A program made the position numbers and the translations under genes. 32,307 bases of DNA from the IMG/VR virus record IMGVR_UViG_2711768067_000015. One strand, written 5' to 3'. Numbering within the stretch: the stretch's first letter is position 1; each line of letters begins with the position of its first letter. Positions 17,999 through 27,417 of this stretch are shown here, piece after piece. This stretch comes from a virus. Taxonomy: Duplodnaviria > Heunggongvirae > Uroviricota > Caudoviricetes. The notes beneath the pieces are model-generated. The model was not told where the DNA came from and did not search any database. It was given only the letters and a program-made list of their open reading frames with translations.

Positions 17999-19219
17999 TT
18001 ACCCTTTACGGTTTGCCCAGAATTCAGCGTTTTGTTTGTTCAGGGAAGCGATACTGGTCATGCCCATGTTTGGGCGCTGTGCATCGCCGGTGGTGGCGCG
18101 GGTGTTTAGCCCTTTGGCAATCTCAGACACGGCATTAAACGCCATGTCGACCGATTGTTTCGGTAATTTGCGGATATCCGCATCACCGACTATCTGGCGA
18201 ACCAGCGTTTTGTCAGCAGAAGCCAGAACCTCGCGTTTGAACGCGGTCGGTTTCATCTTACGGCTCAGATCGATACCCGGAACGATAACTTCGGCACGCC
18301 AGGCTGAGTCACCAGTAATCGTGGTTTCCTCTTCATCGTCCTCGCCGTCACCGGTCGGATTATCGTCAGGCTTATTGTCGTTATCGCCCGTCGCATTTCC
18401 TTCCAGCTTAGCCAGCAGGGCTTTCAGTAATGTTTTGAGGTCATCATCACTGTCGCCGGTTGGACCTCCGCCCATCTCTGGTGCTTTGTCCGGTAGCGGT
18501 TGCTGCGGGGACAGGTTGATGTTGAGATTAACGCCCTGCGGCAAATCCCCCTCATCTCCTGTAACCGATGCGGGAGCCGACTCCACCAGTTCGTTCATGG
18601 TGTCAGCGTCACCCGTTTTGATGGCCGTGCGCATGCGGGTCCACCAGCTTTTCTTTTGATTTGCCATTGTGTCTCTGTCTCCAATTGCACAACGATTTCC
18701 GGCTCTGCCTTTAGGGACAAGAGCCACATGGTTTCCGGTAATATCAACCTGCTCAGCCTTACCCGGCTCAGTCTGCTTATATTCCGCGTCATAGCCACAC
18801 GACACTTCGCGCAGGCCATCTTCGATCAGCTGAATGGCGTTTTCGTCTTTGACGATAAGGTCAGCCAGCATCAAATCAGACTGCACACCCGTCCCGCGCC
18901 GGACATTCTGAAGATGCCCGACCGCGAGCTCTTTCCAGTTCTCTGGATTCACCAGCCGCACATCCCCGTTTTCATCCTCGGGATGCAACACCGTGATACT
19001 CATTCCTTCGAATGAGGCAAGCGTGGCGGGATGGAATACCTGCTCAGGAGAACGCGTGACGACTATTTCACCGAACTTATCGGGTTTCAGTTTTGGCAGG
19101 TCATCAGCACCATAGAGCTGCTTACCTGTTCGTCCTATCGGCACGTCTTTGCACAGCAACGAGCCGTCAGCCAGCTGATAGCGGGTTTCCCCCAGCCGGG
19201 TATTGAAAAAATATTTCAT
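17999..19219 (-). CDS. Scaffold/prohead core-like protein (acidic, Gly/Asp-rich central region)
   Basis: 406-aa ORF upstream of the capsid gene with a highly acidic, low-complexity segment (GDSDDDLK...DDEEETT) typical of scaffolding proteins. Confidence 0.6.
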   Translation of the reverse strand: MKYFFNTRLGETRYQLADGSLLCKDVPIGRTGKQLYGADDLPKLKPDKFGEIVVTRSPEQVFHPATLASFEGMSITVLHPEDENGDVRLVNPENWKELAVGHLQNVRRGTGVQSDLMLADLIVKDENAIQLIEDGLREVSCGYDAEYKQTEPGKAEQVDITGNHVALVPKGRAGNRCAIGDRDTMANQKKSWWTRMRTAIKTGDADTMNELVESAPASVTGDEGDLPQGVNLNINLSPQQPLPDKAPEMGGGPTGDSDDDLKTLLKALLAKLEGNATGDNDNKPDDNPTGDGEDDEEETTITGDSAWRAEVIVPGIDLSRKMKPTAFKREVLASADKTLVRQIVGDADIRKLPKQSVDMAFNAVSEIAKGLNTRATTGDAQRPNMGMTSIASLNKQNAEFWANRKG

Positions 19220-19233
19220 GTGTTACCTGCGAT

Positions 19234-20007
19234 TCAGGCGGGGTAAGAATGGGAGGTGGGAAAAACAATTTCTTTATAACAGCGACAATTCGGGAACTCG
19301 CCAGCGTGACCTGTCATGCCGTCAAGCGTTGGAGGTTTGCCCCATTCGACAAATTTACCTTCCATTTCCCGATGAGAATGCCTGACATCACCATCTTCGG
19401 CTGTACGCCAGATATAACCATTCGAACCAATTGCCAGCGCACGCGCCTGATCCAGCGCGCCGGTTGCACGTCCAAGTTCAGTACGGGCAATCAGGTCAGC
19501 TCTGGACTTTGCTATATCACCCGATGCAGCTATTTCTTTAGCAAAATGTTCCGCTCTCCCACCGGTGACAACAGCTTCTATCGCCCGATTCTGGATGTCG
19601 TACACCCTGTCAGCCGCCTCGAGGGGTAGCGATTTGATGTACTTAACCTGTTCAGCAACGATGGATTTCATCACCTGCCCTGGAGGGGCACTGTTTACCA
19701 GATTGCGTAGCTCACGGCTGATGGTTTTGCTGTGTTTACGCCACTGCTCATCATTCTTGCGCACAATGTCGGCGGTAAAGTTTTCCGCGACCTTTGTCGC
19801 CCAGGGGGTGATGATTTCACTGTAGCGTTCCAGCGCCTCAATAATTTCCGTGATACTGTCATTTGAACCATCGTAGCGACCATTTACGATGTCTCCGACC
19901 GCCCGCGCTATCCTGCGTAGGCTGGTTCGATACCGGATTTCCGCCTGACGGTTCCTGCGGTTCGTCATCAGGTTCGCCGATGCCGGGCGGCGCTTCGTCT
20001 TCGGCAT
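19234..20007 (-). CDS. Head morphogenesis protein (Mu F-like / minor capsid)
   Basis: 257-aa ORF downstream of portal. Start is uncertain; the ORF overlaps the portal 3' end by about 149 nt in another frame. Confidence 0.6.
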   Translation of the reverse strand: MPKTKRRPASANLMTNRRNRQAEIRYRTSLRRIARAVGDIVNGRYDGSNDSITEIIEALERYSEIITPWATKVAENFTADIVRKNDEQWRKHSKTISRELRNLVNSAPPGQVMKSIVAEQVKYIKSLPLEAADRVYDIQNRAIEAVVTGGRAEHFAKEIAASGDIAKSRADLIARTELGRATGALDQARALAIGSNGYIWRTAEDGDVRHSHREMEGKFVEWGKPPTLDGMTGHAGEFPNCRCYKEIVFPTSHSYPA

Positions 20008-21325
20008 TCTCTATGTCCTCGTCGGTAATGGATGCCCCGATGCCGGTTACGTCAGAATTTTCGCGCAAATCAGTCATAGCGGCTTTCAGTGTCATCAGAC
20101 CATCACCCAGCGCTGTACTGATTGCGTTGGTGGTATTTAACGCCACCGTTGAACGATCGACATCAGACATTTGCCAGAGCGGGTTAAACTCAAACGTGAA
20201 ATCATCCGGGAGCGGCTTGCCAAGTTCCGAACGATGCATGATGTCCAGTATCCGCCGCACCGGAAGACGTAAACGCCTCTCCTGCAACGAGCTTACCCGG
20301 TCGTAATAGTTGGCAAGGTCTGCATCGCCGGTAGAAAATCCTTTCGGGGACTGTCCGAACAACCGCACCAGTGGGATACCAACAGCGCCACTAATCTGTT
20401 CTGCAAACTGTGATAGGATGTCATCCAGACCACTGAAGCTGTACTGATGCGTTTCAAACTTATCCCGCGAGTCCATGAGCGTCATGCCTTCATTGCTCTG
20501 GAACTGTCGAATCAGGTCGATATTCTTCAGCAACGCTTCATACGCAGGACCACCAAGTGCGATAAGCTCGCGTAGCTTCTCCACGCTGTAGGTACGCAAA
20601 TGCGCCTTGTAGACCAGCTGCGCCGCGCCGACAGTAGCGCTGTCGAACGCGGTAAGACGATCCCAGATACGCTCTACAACCGACATTCCCCATTCGTTCT
20701 CGGTCATCTTCTGCTGAAATGGCAGCGTGACGCCATCAAAGCGAATCAGGCGACTGTGATGAATGCGCCAGGCAGGAATTCCCGTTGCTGTGGTCACCAC
20801 ATCGTAAAACTCAGGTTTACCCAGGTCCGGCCCCATATCTTTAATGCGGCGGGTCAGTACCGGGTCGATCATCCAGCGGTCGAGCGGGAGAATCCCCTTA
20901 AACTTGCCCTTACCGATGGTTTCGGGTCGCAGCGGGGTCATTGGTGCCTGCCCCTCAATCATGATGAAACCCACCGCGCCGCCGTAGAGGCGCGACCATT
21001 TCAGCACGTCGTTCAGCGCATCCCAGATTTGCAACTCATCCAGTTGTGATTCGAGAATACCACGATCTTTTGCATCAATTTCCGACGTGATGCGAATGCC
21101 TTTGCGGGTCATATCATCCGGGATAGCATCGACCGCTTCGCCGATGATCCAGGACGAACGATAGGACCATTCCACCAGCATGCGGTTACGACTGGTGAAA
21201 TTAGCCCGGTAGGTGGATGCTGAGTGCTGGTTAGGTGTCTGCATCCCTACGCGGGCAATAAAATTCTCATAACCATCAGCTGTGGCCTGCGCAGTTCGCC
21301 GCAGGGCTTGTTTGTTTCGTGCCAT
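19859..21325 (-). CDS. Portal protein
   Basis: 488-aa ORF immediately downstream of large terminase (start/stop overlap at 21325), with an acidic C-terminal tail. Confidence 0.8.
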   Translation of the reverse strand: MARNKQALRRTAQATADGYENFIARVGMQTPNQHSASTYRANFTSRNRMLVEWSYRSSWIIGEAVDAIPDDMTRKGIRITSEIDAKDRGILESQLDELQIWDALNDVLKWSRLYGGAVGFIMIEGQAPMTPLRPETIGKGKFKGILPLDRWMIDPVLTRRIKDMGPDLGKPEFYDVVTTATGIPAWRIHHSRLIRFDGVTLPFQQKMTENEWGMSVVERIWDRLTAFDSATVGAAQLVYKAHLRTYSVEKLRELIALGGPAYEALLKNIDLIRQFQSNEGMTLMDSRDKFETHQYSFSGLDDILSQFAEQISGAVGIPLVRLFGQSPKGFSTGDADLANYYDRVSSLQERRLRLPVRRILDIMHRSELGKPLPDDFTFEFNPLWQMSDVDRSTVALNTTNAISTALGDGLMTLKAAMTDLRENSDVTGIGASITDEDIENAEDEAPPGIGEPDDEPQEPSGGNPVSNQPTQDSAGGRRHRKWSLRWFK

Positions 21326-22947
21326 CAGGCCTGTCTCCCTAGCAGCTCCCAGATGTTCAGGGCTGAATTCATTGGGGCATAGTTGATCATCACCGAGTCG
21401 GCAAGGTTTGGCGACCGGGTTCCATCAGGCTGTTTATCAATAACGATTTTTCCCACACCATTAATGGAATAGGTCGGCTGCGAAAGCTCGATGATGAGTT
21501 TATCTTTGAGTGCCATGCTACTGCTGATTGAGATGATTTCGTCCGGGTTGTAAGCCATACCTTCAACCACGGCGCGCCAGGTATTCTGAAAAAGTTTACG
21601 TAACCGCCACCAGCTCTGGGCTTTGGCGTTAGCGAAGAAGTCCTTGTTCAGACGTGCGGCTTGCCCGTTGTCCCCGCGAACAGCTTCATCATCCGGATCA
21701 AATACCGCGCCACTACCTCGAAACGGTGTGGCGAGTATTGACGGTCGGCGCGCAGCGTTACGCAGTTCGTTGATAGCGCGTGCATCGCCGCGAACGCCAG
21801 CGCCCAGCCCGTCCTCATCAAAGCGAAACTCTTCGAGGTTGTCCTGTTCGCAAAAACCGAAGACCTTCTCGACGGACTGATAAATGTCGCTGCCCACACC
21901 AGACCATTCCCGCACATTTTCCAGGAGGAAGCCATGACGGGTGGAAAAGGCATTTTTGTCCCTGCCTTCGTCGGCGACATCCATCGCGCCAAGTCGTTTG
22001 CCTGTTGGCTGGATCCCCAGTTTGATATGCGCATCAACGGCAGCCTGTACCCATTCGGATGGAATCAGGACGCCTTCCGCTGATGCGCTGTAGTTCAGAT
22101 CAAGTTCCTGTGCCACCACCACCGGATTATCGATTTTCTCGCATTCCCTGCGATACCACTCTTCATCCTTGCGAGGATCATCCCGCCAGTGGAATGTGAA
22201 TACCGGTATCTTCCCGCCATGACGCTTCTGAGCGAACGGGTTCGCCATGCCATTAACTGAACTCAGGTCAATACGGCAACGCGTCGTTTGTGACAACGCC
22301 GCATCAATCAGCAGAGGACGCTGAAGGAATGCAGCCTCATCAACCAGATAAAGCGTGGTACGGTCACCACGACCAATATTATCGCCAGCCTCGCCTTTGA
22401 TAACGGCACCAGTTTCAGGAAACTCAACACGCATATATGGCGCGTGCTTCTTCTCGCTCCACGAACCGCGAAACTCTACAGGTAGTGTTTCCACGAACTT
22501 GCGCGCCTTCCAGAACAATGCTTTCGGGTCACCGGTGCTGTCGACGTATTCCTCTTTACGGGAGCCGAAACCGATAACCATTTCTTTGTTGAAGAGACAA
22601 AGCGAGCAGGCCAGTCCGATCGCGGTCCAACTGAGCCCCATTTCACGGGATTTTTCGGTAATACCATTCTCCCGATTACCCCAGCGTTCCATAATCCAGT
22701 GGATCCACTCCTCCTGCTTAGGGAAGAGTAAAAACGGTATGGTCACCGGCAGGCCATAATCAATATTACGCGGGTCCGTTGTCATGCCCCAGTCGATGAT
22801 GAACTGAGCCGGATTGGTTCGGTAAAACTGTTTTAGTGCAGGCAATATTTCAGGATTCTGGCGAATGCGCTGTAGGCGTTCCATCCGCCATTCAAAAACC
22901 ATCTGGTAATCAGGATGTTTAAAATCGAAGGGGAATGGTAACGGCAT
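21325..22947 (-). CDS. Terminase large subunit
   Basis: 540-aa ORF with an ATPase Walker B-like motif ([10 protein letters not shown]) and C-terminal nuclease-like region, between small terminase and portal. Confidence 0.85.
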   Translation of the reverse strand: MPLPFPFDFKHPDYQMVFEWRMERLQRIRQNPEILPALKQFYRTNPAQFIIDWGMTTDPRNIDYGLPVTIPFLLFPKQEEWIHWIMERWGNRENGITEKSREMGLSWTAIGLACSLCLFNKEMVIGFGSRKEEYVDSTGDPKALFWKARKFVETLPVEFRGSWSEKKHAPYMRVEFPETGAVIKGEAGDNIGRGDRTTLYLVDEAAFLQRPLLIDAALSQTTRCRIDLSSVNGMANPFAQKRHGGKIPVFTFHWRDDPRKDEEWYRRECEKIDNPVVVAQELDLNYSASAEGVLIPSEWVQAAVDAHIKLGIQPTGKRLGAMDVADEGRDKNAFSTRHGFLLENVREWSGVGSDIYQSVEKVFGFCEQDNLEEFRFDEDGLGAGVRGDARAINELRNAARRPSILATPFRGSGAVFDPDDEAVRGDNGQAARLNKDFFANAKAQSWWRLRKLFQNTWRAVVEGMAYNPDEIISISSSMALKDKLIIELSQPTYSINGVGKIVIDKQPDGTRSPNLADSVMINYAPMNSALNIWELLGRQA

Positions 22948-22949
22948 AC

Positions 22950-23501
22950 TTAGCCCATCATTTTTCTATACGCCTCTGCAGCCTGCTCCGGCGTTAAGTT
23001 GGTAATTTCTGTTCTGACTGGTCCTCCGTCAGCACCAGTCACTTCATTTTTGACGTTGTCTTTAAACGCCTGAACAGAAACATGACGCCCAAGCAACTCA
23101 AGGTTTTTAACCTTATCAGGCCATTTGATTTTCTTCAGAAGTGCGGCGCTATCTGCGGATACCATCTCCACGACATCCATTCCTGATAGCGTTGTGCGCC
23201 ATACCTTAGGCCAGTCTTTAATGGGCTTTAGCTCACCGTTTTGCAGGAGAATGTCGAGCACATCCATCTGGTCGATTTCAATAAGGCGATTAAGTACATA
23301 TTCTGCATTAATCCCAACAAGATCATTGCGTTGCGCTTTCAGTTCGGCGATTCTTAACTTGATGTCAGGTTTTGACAGGTTTTCGGATGCGGTACGGTTA
23401 GCTGTCTTTGCGCTGTACCCCGCCCGAATAGCCGCTTGCGTGGCGTTTAAATCGATGAGGTACTCGCGACAGAACATTTCTTGCTTGTCGGTGAGTGCCA
23501 T
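22950..23501 (-). CDS. Terminase small subunit
   Basis: 183-aa ORF immediately upstream of large terminase with an N-terminal helix-turn-helix-like region. Confidence 0.75.
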   Translation of the reverse strand: MALTDKQEMFCREYLIDLNATQAAIRAGYSAKTANRTASENLSKPDIKLRIAELKAQRNDLVGINAEYVLNRLIEIDQMDVLDILLQNGELKPIKDWPKVWRTTLSGMDVVEMVSADSAALLKKIKWPDKVKNLELLGRHVSVQAFKDNVKNEVTGADGGPVRTEITNLTPEQAAEAYRKMMG

Positions 23502-23523
23502 AAATTACCTTTAAGGATTTCAC

Positions 23524-23742
23524 ATGAGTGATGAATACAAACAGAAAATCGGCATTCCAGATGACCATACACTGGAGCTTGTCTCTTCTAACTGGAAAGG
23601 AGCTCGAAAAGGTCAGGATACCGATGAATACCTTTACCGTGAGTTGGACGCTGCGGGAAATGTAGTGGCCACTTATGAAATTAAAGATTCAACTTCTATA
23701 TATCCACCATTCGGAAGATCTATCTCTTATAAGAAGGTCTAA
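23524..23742 (+). CDS. Hypothetical small protein (72 aa), divergent from the terminase operon
   Basis: ORF with an AAGGA ribosome-binding site 7 nt upstream of the ATG. It is the only plus-strand ORF in this stretch that does not overlap a minus-strand gene. Confidence 0.5.
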   Translation: MSDEYKQKIGIPDDHTLELVSSNWKGARKGQDTDEYLYRELDAAGNVVATYEIKDSTSIYPPFGRSISYKKV

Positions 23743-24078
23743 GCAACCAACTGACCAGCATGGCATTTCCGATTGAACATTTACACGTCCAGGATAATGC
23801 CATGTCTATTCCACAGTTCTATCGTCACCTACCGATATTGGCGTGAACTACACGCACTTGACATCAGCAGGAGCGAAGTACGCCCCCCTCCCGTCTAGGT
23901 CGCCAGCGGCACAAAGCCATTAACCAGCTCAGGCTGACGTCGTGACATCTTGCCCGTTTACTCGCCGCCGTCGTTCGTATTCAGTTTGATGATGTAGATG
24001 TCGGACATTGAGAGCCTCTTTATCCGCTTGTGGGGATATCAGTTAAGTTATCCCGTGTAGGGTATAAGCCATTATCAA

Positions 24079-24104
24079 AGCCATTCTGCAAGGAATGGCT
24101 TTTG
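24079..24104 (+). terminator. Rho-independent terminator-like hairpin (plus strand)
   Basis: Stem AGCCATTC / GAATGGCT (8 bp), loop TGCAAG, followed by TTTTGTG. Confidence 0.45.
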
Positions 24105-24132
24105 TGATGGCAATAAAAACAGCCGCAGGAGG

Positions 24133-24381
24133 TTAGATTAAGTCTTCACGTTTTACATATTCATCGATGTGATAAAGATGCATAAACTTTTCATCATGCC
24201 CACCAAATATCTGTGTTATCGATTCGTCATCCCGGCCTTCAACAATTAAATGCTTTTCATGTGTTCCCGGCATAAATAACGCCTTTACAACATGTTCTAA
24301 GTGGTGTTTGAACTGTATGTGAAGCTCTCTTTCATCCTCAAAAGGAATATTTTCGGTAAGTTCAAAATAACGAAATGCCAT
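24133..24381 (-). CDS. Hypothetical small acidic protein (82 aa) between the lysis and packaging modules
   Basis: ORF with a GGGAGG ribosome-binding site. A perfect 12-bp palindrome lies about 45 bp upstream. Confidence 0.6.
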   Translation of the reverse strand: MAFRYFELTENIPFEDERELHIQFKHHLEHVVKALFMPGTHEKHLIVEGRDDESITQIFGGHDEKFMHLYHIDEYVKREDLI

Positions 24382-24632
24382 ATCTACCTCCCGTATAATG
24401 AGAGCTCATCATTAATGAATTTTCTTGTCATGACAATGACAAATTATTTCAGGTTCCATTAGATATAGCTTTGTAATGAACAGGCACTTATCTCAACGCA
24501 GCCCCTTACCGCGCGCCAGATGCTCAACTTCAAGCATCAGCAATGAGATGTTTAATCTGGATTCACTCCAGAAGTAATCACCACCCTGTCTACAGAGCCA
24601 GATGTGAAGAATGATGAGTAAAATTATCGCTA

Positions 24633-25100
24633 TCATCGAAGGCATTGCATCCTGATGTATTCCTGAAGCGCTCTCAGTGCTGTTTGGTCGCGGATAATTC
24701 CGTCCCGGATACCGAGAACGTTTCGTCCAGCAACTGGAGAGAGTTCGACGGAGGCATCATTGCCCATGCCGGAGGCGCTGGAGGTTTCGGCTGAGGATGG
24801 CACAGGGCATTTTCCTTTGACGAGCACCCTGCCACCATTATCAAGCTTGCGCCGAAGAGCATCATTTTCAGCTTTCGCATCAGCTAACTCCTTCGTGTAT
24901 TTAGCATCGAGTGCATCAGCATCACGCTGGCGCTGCTGCATGTCAGTAATGGTGGCGTTCGCCTTCTCCAGTTCACTGGCCTTGTTATCGCGCTGCTCTT
25001 TGTAGGCGATTGCGTTATCACGGTAATGATTAACAGCCAATGACAGGCAGACGATGATGCAGATAACCAGAGCGGAGATAATCGCGGTTAACCGACTCAT
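24633..25100 (-). CDS. Rz: i-spanin Rz
   Basis: From the internal start [19 protein letters not shown]... there is an N-terminal transmembrane helix, then a coiled-coil-like charged region. Rz1 is embedded in the +1 frame. The track's longer ORF starts at 25229. Confidence 0.75.
   Translation of the reverse strand: MSRLTAIISALVICIIVCLSLAVNHYRDNAIAYKEQRDNKASELEKANATITDMQQRQRDADALDAKYTKELADAKAENDALRRKLDNGGRVLVKGKCPVPSSAETSSASGMGNDASVELSPVAGRNVLGIRDGIIRDQTALRALQEYIRMQCLR
24674..24880 (-). CDS. Rz1: o-spanin Rz1 (lipoprotein embedded within Rz)
   Basis: 68-aa ORF entirely inside Rz in another frame, with lipobox LIMVAGC and a Pro-rich mature part ([11 protein letters not shown]). Confidence 0.75.
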   Translation of the reverse strand: MRKLKMMLFGASLIMVAGCSSKENALCHPQPKPPAPPAWAMMPPSNSLQLLDETFSVSGTELSATKQH

Positions 25101-25188
25101 GACATCAACACTCCAACGGCCAGAAACCACGGACACGCATCGTTGCCATTGAATGCGAGCAACGCTGCCATGAAAAAGCAAATCATGC

Positions 25189-25686
25189 TCATTGTTGCCC
25201 CCACAAACAGACTTCACGCTCAATCTCACGACGAGTCATCAGACCTTTCCATTGCTTACCGCCAGCGTATGTCCAGCGACGTAGCTGATCACATGCGCCT
25301 TTGATATCGCCCTGGTTGATTTTGCGCAGAAGCGTCGATGTTCTGAAATTGCCAGCACCCACGTTGTAAACGAATGAGTAAAGAGCGCCGCGCGTTGTTT
25401 CCGGTATATCGACTTTGATGTACGGGTTAATTTGTCTGGCTACCGTGGCAAGGTCTTTATTCAGGAGGGCTTTGCATTCTGCTTCGGTATACGTTTTACC
25501 GGGAATGATGTCTTTTCCTGTATGCCCGTGACATACAGTCCATACGCCAACGATATCTTTGTATGGTATGTAGCTGACACCTTCCAGACCATCGTTACCA
25601 CCTGGACCAGTGATTAACACTGATGCTATAGCAATAGCCCCGCCACCAATAGCAGCTGCAACAGCTTTTCGTAATGATGGAGGCAT
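25189..25686 (-). CDS. R: SAR endolysin (phage-21 R-type lysozyme)
   Basis: 165-aa ORF with an N-terminal Gly/Ala-rich signal-anchor-release segment ([18 protein letters not shown]), directly downstream of the holin with ATGA overlap. Confidence 0.85.
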   Translation of the reverse strand: MPPSLRKAVAAAIGGGAIAIASVLITGPGGNDGLEGVSYIPYKDIVGVWTVCHGHTGKDIIPGKTYTEAECKALLNKDLATVARQINPYIKVDIPETTRGALYSFVYNVGAGNFRTSTLLRKINQGDIKGACDQLRRWTYAGGKQWKGLMTRREIEREVCLWGQQ

Positions 25687-25901
25687 TATTCACCTCTCGC
25701 AGCCTTTCTTCTGTCTTCTCTGATTTTGAAGTACAGATTTGTCAGATAAGTCAAAAAGCCCAGAACTAGACTTCCCAGCACACCAATTGCAGCCCACTGT
25801 GACGGACTGACCTGATCCAACCACTTTAAAAACCAGTATCCCGCACTACCAGCGGATGTTCCGTAGGCAATGCCAGTAGAGATTTTGTCCATTGATTTCA
25901 T
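25686..25901 (-). CDS. S: Pinholin (phage-21 S-type, class II holin)
   Basis: 71-aa ORF with a dual-start motif (MKSM), two transmembrane segments and a charged C-terminus; a near match to phage 21 S as I recall it. GGAGG ribosome-binding site upstream. Confidence 0.85.
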   Translation of the reverse strand: MKSMDKISTGIAYGTSAGSAGYWFLKWLDQVSPSQWAAIGVLGSLVLGFLTYLTNLYFKIREDRRKAARGE

Positions 25902-26019
25902 AGCAACGCCTCCGCAAGTAACGGATTGCGTAGTTCTTATATTGGGAAGGGAGAAAAAGAAGGCCGCAGCGTAACTATCACTGATGAGTTCAGGATAGCC
26001 AGTGGCTACAGCTCAGTTA

Positions 26020-26095
26020 TGGTGCTGGTTAACGGACTTGAACCGCTACCCATTCGCTTACAAGGCGACTGCTCTACCATTGGAGCTAAACCAGC
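26020..26095 (-). tRNA. tRNA-like gene, anticodon UGU (Thr), CCA encoded
   Basis: Hand-folded cloverleaf: perfect 7-bp acceptor stem (GCTGGTT/AACCAGC), D-arm GCTC/GAGC with GG in the loop, anticodon loop CUUGUAA, T-arm with TTCAAGT loop. There is one mismatch in the anticodon stem, and position 14 is C rather than the conserved A. Confidence 0.6.
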
Positions 26096-26100
26096 ATATT

Positions 26101-26175
26101 TGGCGGGACAGCGTGGACTCGAACCACGATAAGAAGGTTAACAGCCTTCCGTAATGACCTTTATACGACTGACCC
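26101..26175 (-). tRNA. tRNA-like gene, anticodon GUU (Asn-like), possibly degenerate
   Basis: Perfect T-arm (CGTGG-TTCGAGT-CCACG) and anticodon arm (GAAGG-CUGUUAA-CCTTC), but one U-U mismatch in the acceptor stem and a weak D-stem. Confidence 0.45.
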
Positions 26176-26266
26176 AAATAAAAAAAGCCACCGTTGCAAC
26201 TTAAGAGTCACTAACGGCAGCTTATGCCAATAGTGTTGCTCATTTGCTCAATGATGTCAACACGTT

Positions 26267-26755
26267 CTATGCTACATGTTTAATTTTCTCTACACGTTTC
26301 CGATTTTTAAACGCACTATCCAGAACCGGGTAAATCATAAACAACGAGGCATTAAGGATTTCGTCAACTTCCCGTCGACAGGTTGCGAGCGACGGTTTTT
26401 GAATGCGCCCGCCGCCACGGCATAACATCTTGCGAGGTCTTGCGACGCGATGATAGTAAGATGCAATGGCGTGCTTGGAAGAGCCATGAGCGTAGTAGCT
26501 GAGGAGGATTCCAAAGGCTTTCTTGTCAATGTACATGACGGAATCGACGACCTGAGAAATCAACATTCCATCATCATCATTACACATTGGCCTTGTCATA
26601 ACTCTTCCCGGCTCTACGCTCTCCATGAACTTCGCTATTACGCTGCTCATGCGCTTTTCCAGACGACCTGAATAAACCCATGCGCCCCACAGTTCAAGCC
26701 AGCCATTCAGCCACTCATGCTGTTCTTTGGTGAGGTTTAGTTCTCTTATGCCCAC
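26267..26755 (-). CDS. Q: Late gene antiterminator Q (phage 82/933W type, not lambda-Q type)
   Basis: 162-aa ORF directly downstream of ninI. Motifs ELWGAWV and [13 protein letters not shown] resemble 82-family Q proteins as I recall them. Start is GTG in the track. Confidence 0.7.
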   Translation of the reverse strand: MGIRELNLTKEQHEWLNGWLELWGAWVYSGRLEKRMSSVIAKFMESVEPGRVMTRPMCNDDDGMLISQVVDSVMYIDKKAFGILLSYYAHGSSKHAIASYYHRVARPRKMLCRGGGRIQKPSLATCRREVDEILNASLFMIYPVLDSAFKNRKRVEKIKHVA

Positions 26756-27417
26756 GCGCCTTCTCCCTGTACCTGAATCAATGTGAGATTTCCGCAGAAC
26801 ACTGCCCCAGTATCGATATACATCTGGTTGGCAAATTTGAGTGGTTTCACTGCTGGCGTATGACCAAAGATAAACGTGTCCGCGCCTTTAATTTCTTTAA
26901 CGATCCCGTCTTGTGAGTTGCTGATTCGTTCGCGGTTCCAGATTACCTGCTGATGATCAACTGGCTTTCCAAATTCGTATTCGTCACAAGGATAATCGGC
27001 GTGGCAGATGACATATTTTTTACCTTTGCTCACCAGTTCGATGATTAACGGAAGTTCTTCTGCTTTATGGGCAAGAGCTTTAGCCAGAATTTCTTTGTCG
27101 TAATCGAGATTAAAGAACCAGACACCGCCATTAAGCAGCCAGTGATTGACGTTTCCACGCTCTGATAAGCCATCAATCATCATGTGCTCATGGTTTCCAC
27201 GTACAGCTCTGAACCAGGGGAATGTGATTAATTCCAGGCATTCAACGTTCTCTGCACCACGATCAACCAAATCGCCCACCGAGATAAGCAGGTCTTTTTT
27301 GTTGTCGAATCCAATCGTATCCAGTTTGTTCATCAGGTTCGTGTAGCATCCGTGCAGATCGCCAACTACCCAAATATTTCGGTATTTGCTGCCATCAATT
27401 CTTTCGTAGATATTCAT
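26746..27417 (-). CDS. ninI: NinI-like serine/threonine protein phosphatase
   Basis: 223-aa ORF with metallophosphatase motifs (GDLHG, GDLVDRG, GNHE), in the lambda nin position upstream of Q. Confidence 0.85.
   Translation of the reverse strand: MNIYERIDGSKYRNIWVVGDLHGCYTNLMNKLDTIGFDNKKDLLISVGDLVDRGAENVECLELITFPWFRAVRGNHEHMMIDGLSERGNVNHWLLNGGVWFFNLDYDKEILAKALAHKAEELPLIIELVSKGKKYVICHADYPCDEYEFGKPVDHQQVIWNRERISNSQDGIVKEIKGADTFIFGHTPAVKPLKFANQMYIDTGAVFCGNLTLIQVQGEGAWA

Noticed and set aside
23759-24104. Considered a retron or type III toxin-antitoxin RNA in the structured non-coding stretch.
   Set aside because: There is no reverse transcriptase ORF and no tandem array of short direct repeats. 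Only isolated hairpins are visible, so the region is reported as unexplained rather than assigned.
24633-25229. 198-aa version of Rz starting at 25229 inside the endolysin gene.
   Set aside because: The N-terminal 43 residues overlap the endolysin in another frame and precede the predicted transmembrane helix. The start at 25100 (MSRLTAI...) gives a canonical spanin of about 155 aa, although the 88-nt gap to the endolysin stop means the true start remains uncertain.
25926-26132. 68-aa plus-strand ORF from the track.
   Set aside because: It lies antisense across the two tRNA-like genes and has no ribosome-binding site. It is almost certainly spurious.
25901-26267. Looked for toxin cargo (such as Shiga toxin genes) between Q, the tRNAs and the holin.
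   Set aside because: Only about 365 bp separate Q from the holin and they are occupied by the tRNA-like genes. No additional ORF is present.
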